A DNA stretch of 28,476 nucleotides from an uncultured Bacilli bacterium (GCA_947626095.1 CANQQV010000018.1:1-28476), one strand, 5' to 3'; positions 19,105 through 27,443 are shown, counted from the first letter of the stretch. The notes: generated from the letters alone by a model not told the origin. Program-made: numbers and translations.

Positions 19105-20262
19105 CTAGTATTCTTTACGTTCAATTATCTCCTTAAACGTATCATCTATTGTACGCATTTTATTATGTAATAAGTTAGCCAATTGTTCTAAATCAATATT
19201 CTTCATATTAGTAAGTACTATCTTATACTCATCATTAGATACTACTAGCTTAACTACACTACCAGCACTATTTATTGTTCTAACAACTTTCTTAATATCT
19301 TTTAAATTTACTTCTTGTGATTTCTTACCCATTTCTTCATATATTAAAGATGTTCCTGAAATATAGAAATAATTAGGTATTATTCTTTTTTGAACAACCT
19401 TAGTATCTGGTTTTTCCTCTTCTTTAACTTCTTTTATAACTTCTTTTAATACTTCTTTTATAACATTCTTAATATCATCATCAGTTGAATCATTATTAAT
19501 ATTTTGTGAAACTGTTTTTCTCACCTTTTCTGTTACTTCATCTAATGATTTCATTGAACTAGCTTCAACTAAAGATGAATCTTTCTTTTGCCCAGCTGGT
19601 TTTTCTTCTACTTTAGTTGATAATTTATCTGGTGTTACTACTGAACTTTCTTTAGAAACATTTTGTTCTTTAGCCGGTACTGCAGCTTTAGGTAATTCAG
19701 TAACAGGTTTAACTGGTACTTCTTTTTTAACAACTGGAATTTCAGCTTCTAATTGTAAATTAGACTTTGGTATTTCTTTAAGTGGTTCCTCAGGTTCTTC
19801 TACAACTTTTGGTGCTACTTGAACCTTTGGCTTAACTTCTTTTGGTTCTTCTTTAACTGATTCTCCTTCTTTTTTATTTTTTCTAAATAAATCATAAACC
19901 CCTAAACCACAAAGAACCAAACCTATTATTGGACATATAAATATTATTTTACTAGTCTTATAAGTTTGAACAGAAGTCACACTATTTTCATGATAATAAA
20001 TAATTATTTTATCATTTTTATTAATTTCATCTTTATAACGGAAATTATATTCATATTTTTCCCCGTTAGCTACATAAACAACAGATATATTATTTTTACC
20101 TGTTCCTTCATTATCTTTTTTAACTTCTACAACTGTAGCTTCCGTTTTAATTAAATCTTTCTCGTTAACTACAATATATACACAAATTATTAATGACAAA
20201 GCAAGTAATATTCCTACTACTAAAAATAAAACGCTTCTTATATTAATATCACGATCAGTCAT
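19105..20262 (-). CDS. Membrane protein: DUF3592-like N-terminus, P/E/K-rich linker, PH-like C-terminal domain
   Basis: TM - TEATVVEV..VVYVANGEKY..IIIYY - TM; long low-complexity linker; beta-rich C-terminus ending in a helix. Confidence 0.65.
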   Translation of the reverse strand: MTDRDINIRSVLFLVVGILLALSLIICVYIVVNEKDLIKTEATVVEVKKDNEGTGKNNISVVYVANGEKYEYNFRYKDEINKNDKIIIYYHENSVTSVQTYKTSKIIFICPIIGLVLCGLGVYDLFRKNKKEGESVKEEPKEVKPKVQVAPKVVEEPEEPLKEIPKSNLQLEAEIPVVKKEVPVKPVTELPKAAVPAKEQNVSKESSVVTPDKLSTKVEEKPAGQKKDSSLVEASSMKSLDEVTEKVRKTVSQNINNDSTDDDIKNVIKEVLKEVIKEVKEEEKPDTKVVQKRIIPNYFYISGTSLIYEEMGKKSQEVNLKDIKKVVRTINSAGSVVKLVVSNDEYKIVLTNMKNIDLEQLANLLHNKMRTIDDTFKEIIERKEY

Positions 20263-20289
20263 AATAACACCTCTTATTATTCCATTTTG

Positions 20290-20299
20290 ATTATAACAT
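20290..20299 (-). promoter_or_regulatory. Extended -10 promoter
   Basis: ATGTTATAAT on the minus strand upstream of the 20262 start. Confidence 0.6.
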
Positions 20300-20310
20300 A
20301 AACTATTTAT

Positions 20311-20337
20311 AAAAAAAAGTAGCTTTTAATAAGCTAC
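20311..20337 (-). terminator. Terminator overlapping the stop of 20326..21174
   Basis: GTAGCTT-TTAAT-AAGCTAC (20319-20337) plus A8 tract. Confidence 0.75.
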
Positions 20338-21174
20338 CATTGATTGTATTACATAATTATTTTCTACTATTTTATATGTAATTTTAACATGATAAATTAC
20401 TAATTCTGCTGGATATGAGACTTTTTCACTATCTAGATATGGATATATTTTAGCTTCTTCTAAATCATCTTCTACATCCTCATAAATGACATCTATTACT
20501 AACTCATATACATCATTAGTCTTTGTTATAGAACTAGCTTTAAATGCCGTTGGTATTTCAGACATACCTGAAGCCATAGTACCATATAATATATTATTTT
20601 TTACTGCATCTTTGTCATAACCTAAAACACTATAATCTACAGTACCAACTAAATCACTACCAAACATCTTTTTATAAAATTCTTTAAAGAAATTTAACTC
20701 AACACCAGCTGATCCACTAACTTCTTCACCATCTGGTGAAGCATCCATCATAATCTTATCGCTATTGCCTGATTTAAATATATAGTACCAAGCTAATTTA
20801 AGTTTTGTCTTATTATCAAGTAATTCTACTTTATTTCTTCTGCTAGTTCCAATAATTGTTTCATCATCATTCATCCCAGTTGTTTGAAATGCCAACATAA
20901 AAGTATCTAATCCCTCGTTAGCTTTAACTTTATCAAAACTAACCACTTCTGGTTTTTCTACTGGTTCTTCAGGTTCTGACTCAACTACTGGCTCTTTTTC
21001 TTCTTGCTTCTCACTTTGTTTCTCTGCTTGCTTTTCCTCTTGTATATCTTTATTCGCATTTCTTACTCCAAGATAAAAACTAAAAGCACAAGATACAACA
21101 AGAAGAATAATTACTAATACTATAGATAAATTCTTTTTCTTTTTTGAGTTTTCCATATTTTCGGTATTTTCCAT
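20326..21174 (-). CDS. Membrane-anchored exported hypothetical protein
   Basis: 282 aa; KKKK then TM, E/K/Q/P linker, globular domain; GAAGGTGG RBS; TG-C-TATAAT at 21198-21206. Confidence 0.8.
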   Translation of the reverse strand: MENTENMENSKKKKNLSIVLVIILLVVSCAFSFYLGVRNANKDIQEEKQAEKQSEKQEEKEPVVESEPEEPVEKPEVVSFDKVKANEGLDTFMLAFQTTGMNDDETIIGTSRRNKVELLDNKTKLKLAWYYIFKSGNSDKIMMDASPDGEEVSGSAGVELNFFKEFYKKMFGSDLVGTVDYSVLGYDKDAVKNNILYGTMASGMSEIPTAFKASSITKTNDVYELVIDVIYEDVEDDLEEAKIYPYLDSEKVSYPAELVIYHVKITYKIVENNYVIQSMVAY

Positions 21175-21217
21175 ATAACCACCTTCATACTATAAAAATT
21201 ATAGCATACACTCATAA

Positions 21218-21243
21218 TAAAAACACCTAGATATTAGGTGTTT
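21218..21243 (-). terminator. Terminator ending the aspS-orf233 operon
   Basis: AAACACCTA-GATAT-TAGGTGTTT (21221-21243) spanning the TAG stop, plus A-tract. Confidence 0.75.
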
Positions 21244-21928
21244 GACATTTCCTTTTATATTGTAAATGAGCATTATAATACATCTCATTATAATAGATAC
21301 GTTCATTATCTGCATCATAAAATTCCGTAAATCTACTATCCGCGAAATACTCTTCAAAACTTTTCTCCATCTTCGAAGCATCAAAAACACGAAGTTTTTC
21401 TGGTACCATATAATGAGCATCAAAAAAACGTAATGCTTCTCTAAGCTCCTCTATCGTTTTATAATCATCATAACTAGGGTGTTTTATATTAGGAATAAAA
21501 TCTGGATTAGGAATTAATTTATAACATCCACATTCATAGTTTAAAAAGTCTTCTTTAGTCATATAACCATCTTTTTGAACGTCTTGATAAGAAAACATTT
21601 CAATCAAAGGTTGAAAAGCTGAAAAGATATCAGCCCCAGGTTCAGGTTTTACTGGTACCCTAATACCAACTCCACCCCAAGTATATCCAAAATTTTCTGG
21701 ATTACTTTTACATAACTCTTCAAATAATTTTTGATTACTTTCATCTAACTTAGAAATAGTTATCCATGAATTATCATTATCATAATTATTGCACATAACC
21801 GTAAAAATATTTTTACTCCACAATAGTTTACACGCTTCCAAATTTTCAGGAATTATAAATTCTTCTGGATTAGCATAAACGAAATTCATATCAACTGCAC
21901 TATATTGGTAAGCGCGTTCACTTAGCAT
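21227..21928 (-). CDS. Hypothetical cytoplasmic protein co-transcribed with aspS
   Basis: 233-aa ORF; ATG 2 nt after the aspS stop; AAAGGGGG RBS within the last codons of aspS. Confidence 0.8.
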   Translation of the reverse strand: MLSERAYQYSAVDMNFVYANPEEFIIPENLEACKLLWSKNIFTVMCNNYDNDNSWITISKLDESNQKLFEELCKSNPENFGYTWGGVGIRVPVKPEPGADIFSAFQPLIEMFSYQDVQKDGYMTKEDFLNYECGCYKLIPNPDFIPNIKHPSYDDYKTIEELREALRFFDAHYMVPEKLRVFDASKMEKSFEEYFADSRFTEFYDADNERIYYNEMYYNAHLQYKRKCQTPNI

Positions 21929-21930
21929 TT

Positions 21931-23673
21931 TTATTTTTCCCCCTTTAAAGACAATCCTAATTCATCTAATTGTTCTTTAATAACATTACTTGGTGCTTCA
22001 CACATTAAATCAGTAGCTGATGCTGTTTTAGGGAATGCTATAACATCACGAATATTTTCTGTACCTGCAAGTAACATTGTAAGACGATCTAACCCTAAAG
22101 CAAAACCACCATGTGGCGGACAACCATATTTTAAAGCATCAACAAAGAAACCAAATTTTTCTTTAATATCTTCATCAGTTAACTCTAACGCTTTAAACAT
22201 AATTTCTTGAACTTTTTCATCATGAATACGAATTGATCCTCCACCAGCTTCATAACCATTTATAACAATGTCATAAGCTTTACTGTAACAATGAGCTTTA
22301 TCAGTTAATAATTTATCAACATCTTCATCTTTAGGTGCTGTAAATGGGTGATGACAAGCCATATAACGTCCTTCCTCTTCACTCCACTCAAAGCTAGGGA
22401 AATCAACAACCCATAATAACTTATAATCATCTTTCTTAATTAAATCTAAATCACGAGCTAACTTACATCTTAAAGCTCCTAATGAAGTTTTAACTACATT
22501 ATAAACTCCACTAATAATTAATACTAAATCATTACTTTCAACTTTTAATTTTTCTTTAACATCATTTACTTCTTTTTCACTTAATACTTTAACAACTGAA
22601 CCAGTTACTTCATCTTGATACTTTAAGTAAGCTAAACCACTAGCTTTATATGTCTTAACATAATCAGTTAGTTTATCTAAGTCTTTTCTTGAATATTTAT
22701 CTGCCGCATTCTTAACAACTATGGCATTAATAACACCATTATCAGCGATAACATTTTTAAAAACTGTAAATTCCGTATTTTTAAAACAATCTGTTATATC
22801 ATTAATTTCCATTCCAAATCTTAAATCTGGTTTATCAGACCCATAATTAGCTATTGCATCATCATATTTCATACGCATTAAAGGTAATTTAATATCAATC
22901 CCTCTTACTTCTTTAAAGATACTAGCTACTAAGTTTTCGCCTAACCACATTACATCGTCTTCATTTACAAATGACATTTCTACATCTATTTGTGTAAATT
23001 CTGGTTGACGATCAGCTCTTAAATCTTCATCTCTAAAACATTTAGCAATTTGAAAATATCTTTCAAAACCAGAAACCATTAATAATTGTTTAAAGATTTG
23101 TGGTGATTGTGGTAAAGCATAGAATTTACCTTTATTAACACGACTTGGTACTAAATAATCTCTAGCTCCTTCAGGAGTAGATTTACAAAGAATTGGTGTT
23201 TCAACTTCTAAGAAATCTAAGTTATTTAAGAACTTTCTTGTTGCAAATGTAATATTATTTCTTAAAACAAAATTATTCTTTAATGATTCTCTTCTTAAGT
23301 CTAGATAACGATATTTTAATCTCGTATCTTCCAAAGCATTCGTATCATCAGAAATAGCAAAAGGAATCTCTTTAGAAGTGTTAATAAGTTCTAAGTTATC
23401 AACCTCTACTTCTATCTCTCCAGTTGCTAAAGCACTATTCTTGCTTTCTCTTTCAACTATTTTACCTGTTACTTTAATAACATATTCACTCTTTAAAGAA
23501 TTAGCTAGTTCATAGCACTTATTTTCTGGCCTTACAACAACTTGCATAATTCCCATTCTATTTCTTAAATCAATAAATATTAAACCACCTAAGTTTCTTA
23601 CTTTAGAAACCCATCCATATAAAGTAACTTCTTCACCAACATTTTTAATATTATAATTTTTGTATTTTTCCAT
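21931..23673 (-). CDS. aspS: Aspartate--tRNA ligase (bacterial type with GAD domain, likely discriminating)
   Basis: GGLIFIDLR OB-fold, RLKYRYLDLRR, TPEGARDYLVPSR, ALPQSPQIFKQLLM, FRDEDLRADRQPEFTQID, YGSDKPDLR, HHPFT, PPHGGFALGLDRL and IRDVIAFPKT motifs. Confidence 0.98.
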   Translation of the reverse strand: MEKYKNYNIKNVGEEVTLYGWVSKVRNLGGLIFIDLRNRMGIMQVVVRPENKCYELANSLKSEYVIKVTGKIVERESKNSALATGEIEVEVDNLELINTSKEIPFAISDDTNALEDTRLKYRYLDLRRESLKNNFVLRNNITFATRKFLNNLDFLEVETPILCKSTPEGARDYLVPSRVNKGKFYALPQSPQIFKQLLMVSGFERYFQIAKCFRDEDLRADRQPEFTQIDVEMSFVNEDDVMWLGENLVASIFKEVRGIDIKLPLMRMKYDDAIANYGSDKPDLRFGMEINDITDCFKNTEFTVFKNVIADNGVINAIVVKNAADKYSRKDLDKLTDYVKTYKASGLAYLKYQDEVTGSVVKVLSEKEVNDVKEKLKVESNDLVLIISGVYNVVKTSLGALRCKLARDLDLIKKDDYKLLWVVDFPSFEWSEEEGRYMACHHPFTAPKDEDVDKLLTDKAHCYSKAYDIVINGYEAGGGSIRIHDEKVQEIMFKALELTDEDIKEKFGFFVDALKYGCPPHGGFALGLDRLTMLLAGTENIRDVIAFPKTASATDLMCEAPSNVIKEQLDELGLSLKGEK

Positions 23674-23691
23674 AACTCTTCACCTTTCTAA

Positions 23692-23911
23692 ATAAAAAAC
23701 AGTTAATCATCCATAAGGGACGAATAACTGTTAAATCCGCGGTACCACCCAATTTATTATGTTAAACATAATCTCTTTTTTGATAACGGAAAATATTTCC
23801 GGACATATAGTCAACTCCTGAGTGTCTTCTTATTTAAAATAATCTTAGTTTCCACCAACCACTAAGTCTCTATAATATTTTTAAATAATACTCTTCTCAA
23901 TCAACATTTAT
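23692..23911 (-). ncRNA. T-box riboswitch leader with Asp (GAC) specifier
   Basis: Minus strand: AGAGA box, GGTGGAAA distal loop, specifier loop AGAA-GAC-ACTC (GAC = 23824-23826), CCGTTATC, T-box AATTGGGTGGTACCGCG (23738-23754), antiterminator CGTCCC, terminator stem 23698-23732 plus U-tract. Confidence 0.93.
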
Positions 23912-23917
23912 AACGCT

Positions 23918-23946
23918 ATTTTAAAACTAAATATCTTTATTGTCAA
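23918..23946 (-). promoter_or_regulatory. Sigma-A promoter of T-box-aspS
   Basis: TTGACA (23941-23946) - 17 nt - TAAAAT (23918-23923). Confidence 0.8.
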
Positions 23947-23950
23947 TTTA

Positions 23951-24982
23951 TTAAATACATGGAGATTCACTTAAATATATCTTTTTATTAGTATAATCTA
24001 CTTTTATCTCTGATCCTAAAGGTATAATTCCTACTGGATCTGAATGACCAATATTAACATTATATAAAACCGGTAAGTCTTCTCGATTAAATTCCTTCAA
24101 AACTTTTTTATAAACTTCTTTATATTCTTCATAATATTGTTCATCTTGTGGTTTACCAACTATAATACCTTTAACTACATCAAAGATTCCTAAAGCTCCT
24201 AAATTTCTTAAATAAAAAGTTACATATTCCGGACTAGGTTTATCTTCACTCGTTTCTAACAATAATATTTTATCTCGCCATTCCTCTTTACTTGGCCATA
24301 CTTCCGTTCCCACAACCATGGGAAAAACATCTAAACAACCACCTAAAACTTCACCGGTTACAACACCTTGTCCTTGTAATACTTCATATCCATGTTCTTC
24401 TGGTCTTGTCTTTTTTTCGATCTTAATATTTTCTTCTTTCCATTCTACGAAGTCATTACACCATACTTCACTTGATTCAATTTCATAGTCCTTACAATCT
24501 TTAAATAAAATATTTTGCACAGCCTTCTTCGTATAATCAAACATTTTAACATATTCGCCAAATTCACACATTATTGAAGGCCCATAAAAAGATACTAATC
24601 CGGCTTTATACATCATTAAATGATTTACTGTTGTATCAGAATATCCCATAAATATTTTCGGATTATTTTTTATTACTTCATAATCAATATATGGTAATAA
24701 TCTAACGGTATCATCTCCGCCAATAGCACAGAAAATACCTTTTATTGATTCATCCTTAAAAGCATCCATTAAATCTTTAGCTCTAGCTTCTGGATGTTCA
24801 TATACAAACTCACTACCCTTTAAAGCATTCGGCATTGCGACAACTTCTAAACCAAATTCTTTTTCTAATCTTTCCTTAGCAATATAATATTTATGAATAA
24901 AATTATCATCACCAAGCATTCCACTAGACAAACTAACAATCGCAATTTTATCTCCTTTTTGTAATCTTTTAGGTTTAATCAT
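23951..24982 (-). CDS. S66 family peptidase, MccF-like (microcin C7 immunity/LD-carboxypeptidase family)
   Basis: IGGDD, NPKIFMGYSDTT (Ser115), FYGP, LLETSE (Glu243), GH (His313); loop W174-CNDFVE-W181. Confidence 0.92.
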   Translation of the reverse strand: MIKPKRLQKGDKIAIVSLSSGMLGDDNFIHKYYIAKERLEKEFGLEVVAMPNALKGSEFVYEHPEARAKDLMDAFKDESIKGIFCAIGGDDTVRLLPYIDYEVIKNNPKIFMGYSDTTVNHLMMYKAGLVSFYGPSIMCEFGEYVKMFDYTKKAVQNILFKDCKDYEIESSEVWCNDFVEWKEENIKIEKKTRPEEHGYEVLQGQGVVTGEVLGGCLDVFPMVVGTEVWPSKEEWRDKILLLETSEDKPSPEYVTFYLRNLGALGIFDVVKGIIVGKPQDEQYYEEYKEVYKKVLKEFNREDLPVLYNVNIGHSDPVGIIPLGSEIKVDYTNKKIYLSESPCI

Positions 24983-25012
24983 CTATTACACCATCCTTAT
25001 CTTAAAAATAAT

Positions 25013-26440
25013 CTAAAAATCAATTATTCTACTATCAACTATATCAGAATAAACAGATACTAAATATTTCATATCTTCTGCATTAAAGGCCGTACATCCA
25101 TGTGTTGATGGACTTCCATTTCCTCCACCAACATGAAATGGATTACTTCCTCTTCCGCCACCACCATTATTCTTATAGATAACGTCAACTCCTAAACCTT
25201 CATTAACTCTTCTACCAACCGTATAACTATTAATATGAACTTTAGTCCCTGCATTATCACCATTATGTAGAAAATCACCTGTATTAACAGGAAATACTTT
25301 ATATAAACGCCAATTACCTTTAGAACCAGTAAACATATATTCCGTCTGTGAACCATGACTAGTCCAAAAAAGATATTTAGTTTTACTATCAAAGCCATTA
25401 GAATTTACAAAATCTTCAACATATTCTTTACCATACATACTTGAAATAGCATAAGAAACAGGTGTTACACTATTATTATTTATTTGAATATAATCATTAC
25501 CAACTTTAATTGTATCACCATATGGATAACCTTTAATACTACTTTTAGCTACTCCATTATATACACCCTGTGTTCCAGCATTTAAAGTTACACTATTACC
25601 GGTTATTAAACTATTACCCGTAACTTTAGATAATACTTTAACATTAGTATAAATAGTTTGAACTACTGTAACATTAACTGATGCTTTCTTAGAAGGATCA
25701 TCTTTAGAAGTAATAATAATATTCGTAATTCCCCCAAAATGTGGTTTAATAACTCCATCCTTAGTCACTGTAACAATTCCTTTATTACTACTTTCAAAAT
25801 TATAATCATTAGGATTTAAAGCATTACCTCTATTATCAACCAAAGATATACTAGCTTTATTAAATGAAGTGTAATTGGCCAAAGCTAGACGTTGTTTAGT
25901 AACCTTAAACTCATTATTAACAATTAATTCTGGTTCTGCAACTTGTCCGAAAGTAGTATCACCACCTTCTACTTCTTCACTATTATTCTCCTCACGATTA
26001 CCCTGAATAACCTCATTAACACTATCTTCTTTTTCTTTTCTCTTTTCTAAAGCTTCTTGCATTTTCTGACGTTCTTTTTCTTTTTCAGCTTCCAACTTCT
26101 GTTTTTGTAATTCCGTCAATTCTTTTATTCGCTCTAATGATATATTATTTGCACATACTTTCAAAGGATTTTCACTATTTGTTATTATTGAAGTAAAAAC
26201 ATAATTAATAATTACTGGAATCAGAAAAACAATAATCGCCGCTACCGTTCTCTTACCAATCATTGATATTGAACCACTTACATTCTCTTTTTTCGGATTC
26301 ATAACTATTTTAAATAAATCTACTATAACTAAAATAATTAAAATAATAGGTACCAAGGTAAAAACAATTTGCAACGCATACTTCATAATTAACAAAACAC
26401 TTAAAATATGCGGTTCCTCACATATTGTTATTCCATCCAT
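25013..26440 (-). CDS. Pilin-like two-TM / coiled-coil / Ig-like (Big_2) / L,D-transpeptidase-like fusion protein
   Basis: Cys-flanked two-TM N-terminus; FESSNKGIVTVTKDGVI..GITNIIITS (Big_2-like); SKTKYLFWT..QTEYMFTGSKGNWRLYKVFPVNTG and FH...STHGC (YkuD-like). Confidence 0.72.
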   Translation of the reverse strand: MDGITICEEPHILSVLLIMKYALQIVFTLVPIILIILVIVDLFKIVMNPKKENVSGSISMIGKRTVAAIIVFLIPVIINYVFTSIITNSENPLKVCANNISLERIKELTELQKQKLEAEKEKERQKMQEALEKRKEKEDSVNEVIQGNREENNSEEVEGGDTTFGQVAEPELIVNNEFKVTKQRLALANYTSFNKASISLVDNRGNALNPNDYNFESSNKGIVTVTKDGVIKPHFGGITNIIITSKDDPSKKASVNVTVVQTIYTNVKVLSKVTGNSLITGNSVTLNAGTQGVYNGVAKSSIKGYPYGDTIKVGNDYIQINNNSVTPVSYAISSMYGKEYVEDFVNSNGFDSKTKYLFWTSHGSQTEYMFTGSKGNWRLYKVFPVNTGDFLHNGDNAGTKVHINSYTVGRRVNEGLGVDVIYKNNGGGGRGSNPFHVGGGNGSPSTHGCTAFNAEDMKYLVSVYSDIVDSRIIDF

Positions 26441-26456
26441 AATCTCACCTACTATC

Positions 26457-27296
26457 TTAAACTTTTTTTATACTATAAAAATAATATTTATTATCTGACG
26501 CTTTTCTTAAAGTAACAATATAATCTATATAAAAATTATAACAATCTTTAGCTATATTATCACCATTTAAACAAGTACTTGAAACATTCTTCTTTATTAG
26601 TTGTTTTTTATTTTTATTACTATAAGCATTATAAGTTATCTTAACATAATCATTCGCTCCATATTGTTCTTCAACTAATTCTTCAATAAACGCCACTTTT
26701 AAATTAATTTCAATTTCTTTATTACTTTTTACATCATAATCATCTATAACTGTTTTATAATACCCAACATCATCATTACTAAATAAACCACAACTATCTG
26801 GCAATTTAGAATCTATAACATAATTACTATTACTCTTAGTTATTTTACGGTTACAACCATAAGACATTTCTATAATATCCATTTTAAAATCTGGGCCAAA
26901 TAAATTTTTTGCTAATTCATCTACAACATTTTGGTTTATCGTAACTTTAAAAGAATCAGTATTTTTATCATAATTTTTTTCACTATAAAAATCTTCGTGT
27001 GTCGCAATATAATTATCTACTACTAAAGTGGTTAAAAACTCTGACGACAAGGAATCTACATTATAATCTTTATCATAAATATATCCCATATATTTCCCAC
27101 TACTACTTAGATTTTGCATATAAAAAACATTCCATGTATGTTCATTTACCACTACAATATCATACAATTCATCTTTATCTAAAGAATTACTAGGAGCAAT
27201 TAATAACTTAATTAAATAAAAAATAATTATTATTAAAACAATAGCAATAATAATAAATATTATCTTAGTTGATTTATTTAATTTTTCTGTTTTCAT
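26457..27296 (-). CDS. Membrane-anchored exported hypothetical protein
   Basis: N-terminal TM (IIFIIIAIVLIIIIFYLI), four Cys in the exported domain; start ambiguous (27305/27302/27296; AAAGGG spacing favours 27296). Confidence 0.78.
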   Translation of the reverse strand: MKTEKLNKSTKIIFIIIAIVLIIIIFYLIKLLIAPSNSLDKDELYDIVVVNEHTWNVFYMQNLSSSGKYMGYIYDKDYNVDSLSSEFLTTLVVDNYIATHEDFYSEKNYDKNTDSFKVTINQNVVDELAKNLFGPDFKMDIIEMSYGCNRKITKSNSNYVIDSKLPDSCGLFSNDDVGYYKTVIDDYDVKSNKEIEINLKVAFIEELVEEQYGANDYVKITYNAYSNKNKKQLIKKNVSSTCLNGDNIAKDCYNFYIDYIVTLRKASDNKYYFYSIKKV

Positions 27297-27341
27297 TCTC
27301 ATCAACCCTTTTTAATAATATTAAAGAAATATATTTAACTA

Positions 27342-27370
27342 ATTATACTAAAAAATAGAACTATATTCAA
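27342..27370 (-). promoter_or_regulatory. Sigma-A promoter of the three-gene operon 27296-23951
   Basis: TTGAAT (27365-27370) - 17 nt - TATAAT (27342-27347). Confidence 0.7.
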
Positions 27371-27417
27371 TGAAGATAAAACAATTATTCCAAAACTTGT
27401 TTTATCTTTATAACAGC

Positions 27418-27443
27418 AAAAAAGAAGCTTATTACTAAACTTC
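27418..27443 (-). terminator. Terminator after the methyltransferase gene
   Basis: Minus RNA GAAGUUUA-GUAA-UAAGCUUC (one G-U pair, GNRA loop) followed by U6. Confidence 0.75.

Noticed and set aside
207-27193. Short ORFs in the track overlapping real genes (207, 2581, 3135, 5199, 9118, 12254, 14274, 19966 and 26999 on plus; 7602, 14884, 21199 and 25192 on minus)
   Set aside because: They are antisense or alternate-frame shadows of longer genes, with no RBS or recognisable motif; their S/L/F/I-rich composition is what the reverse complement of K/E-rich genes produces
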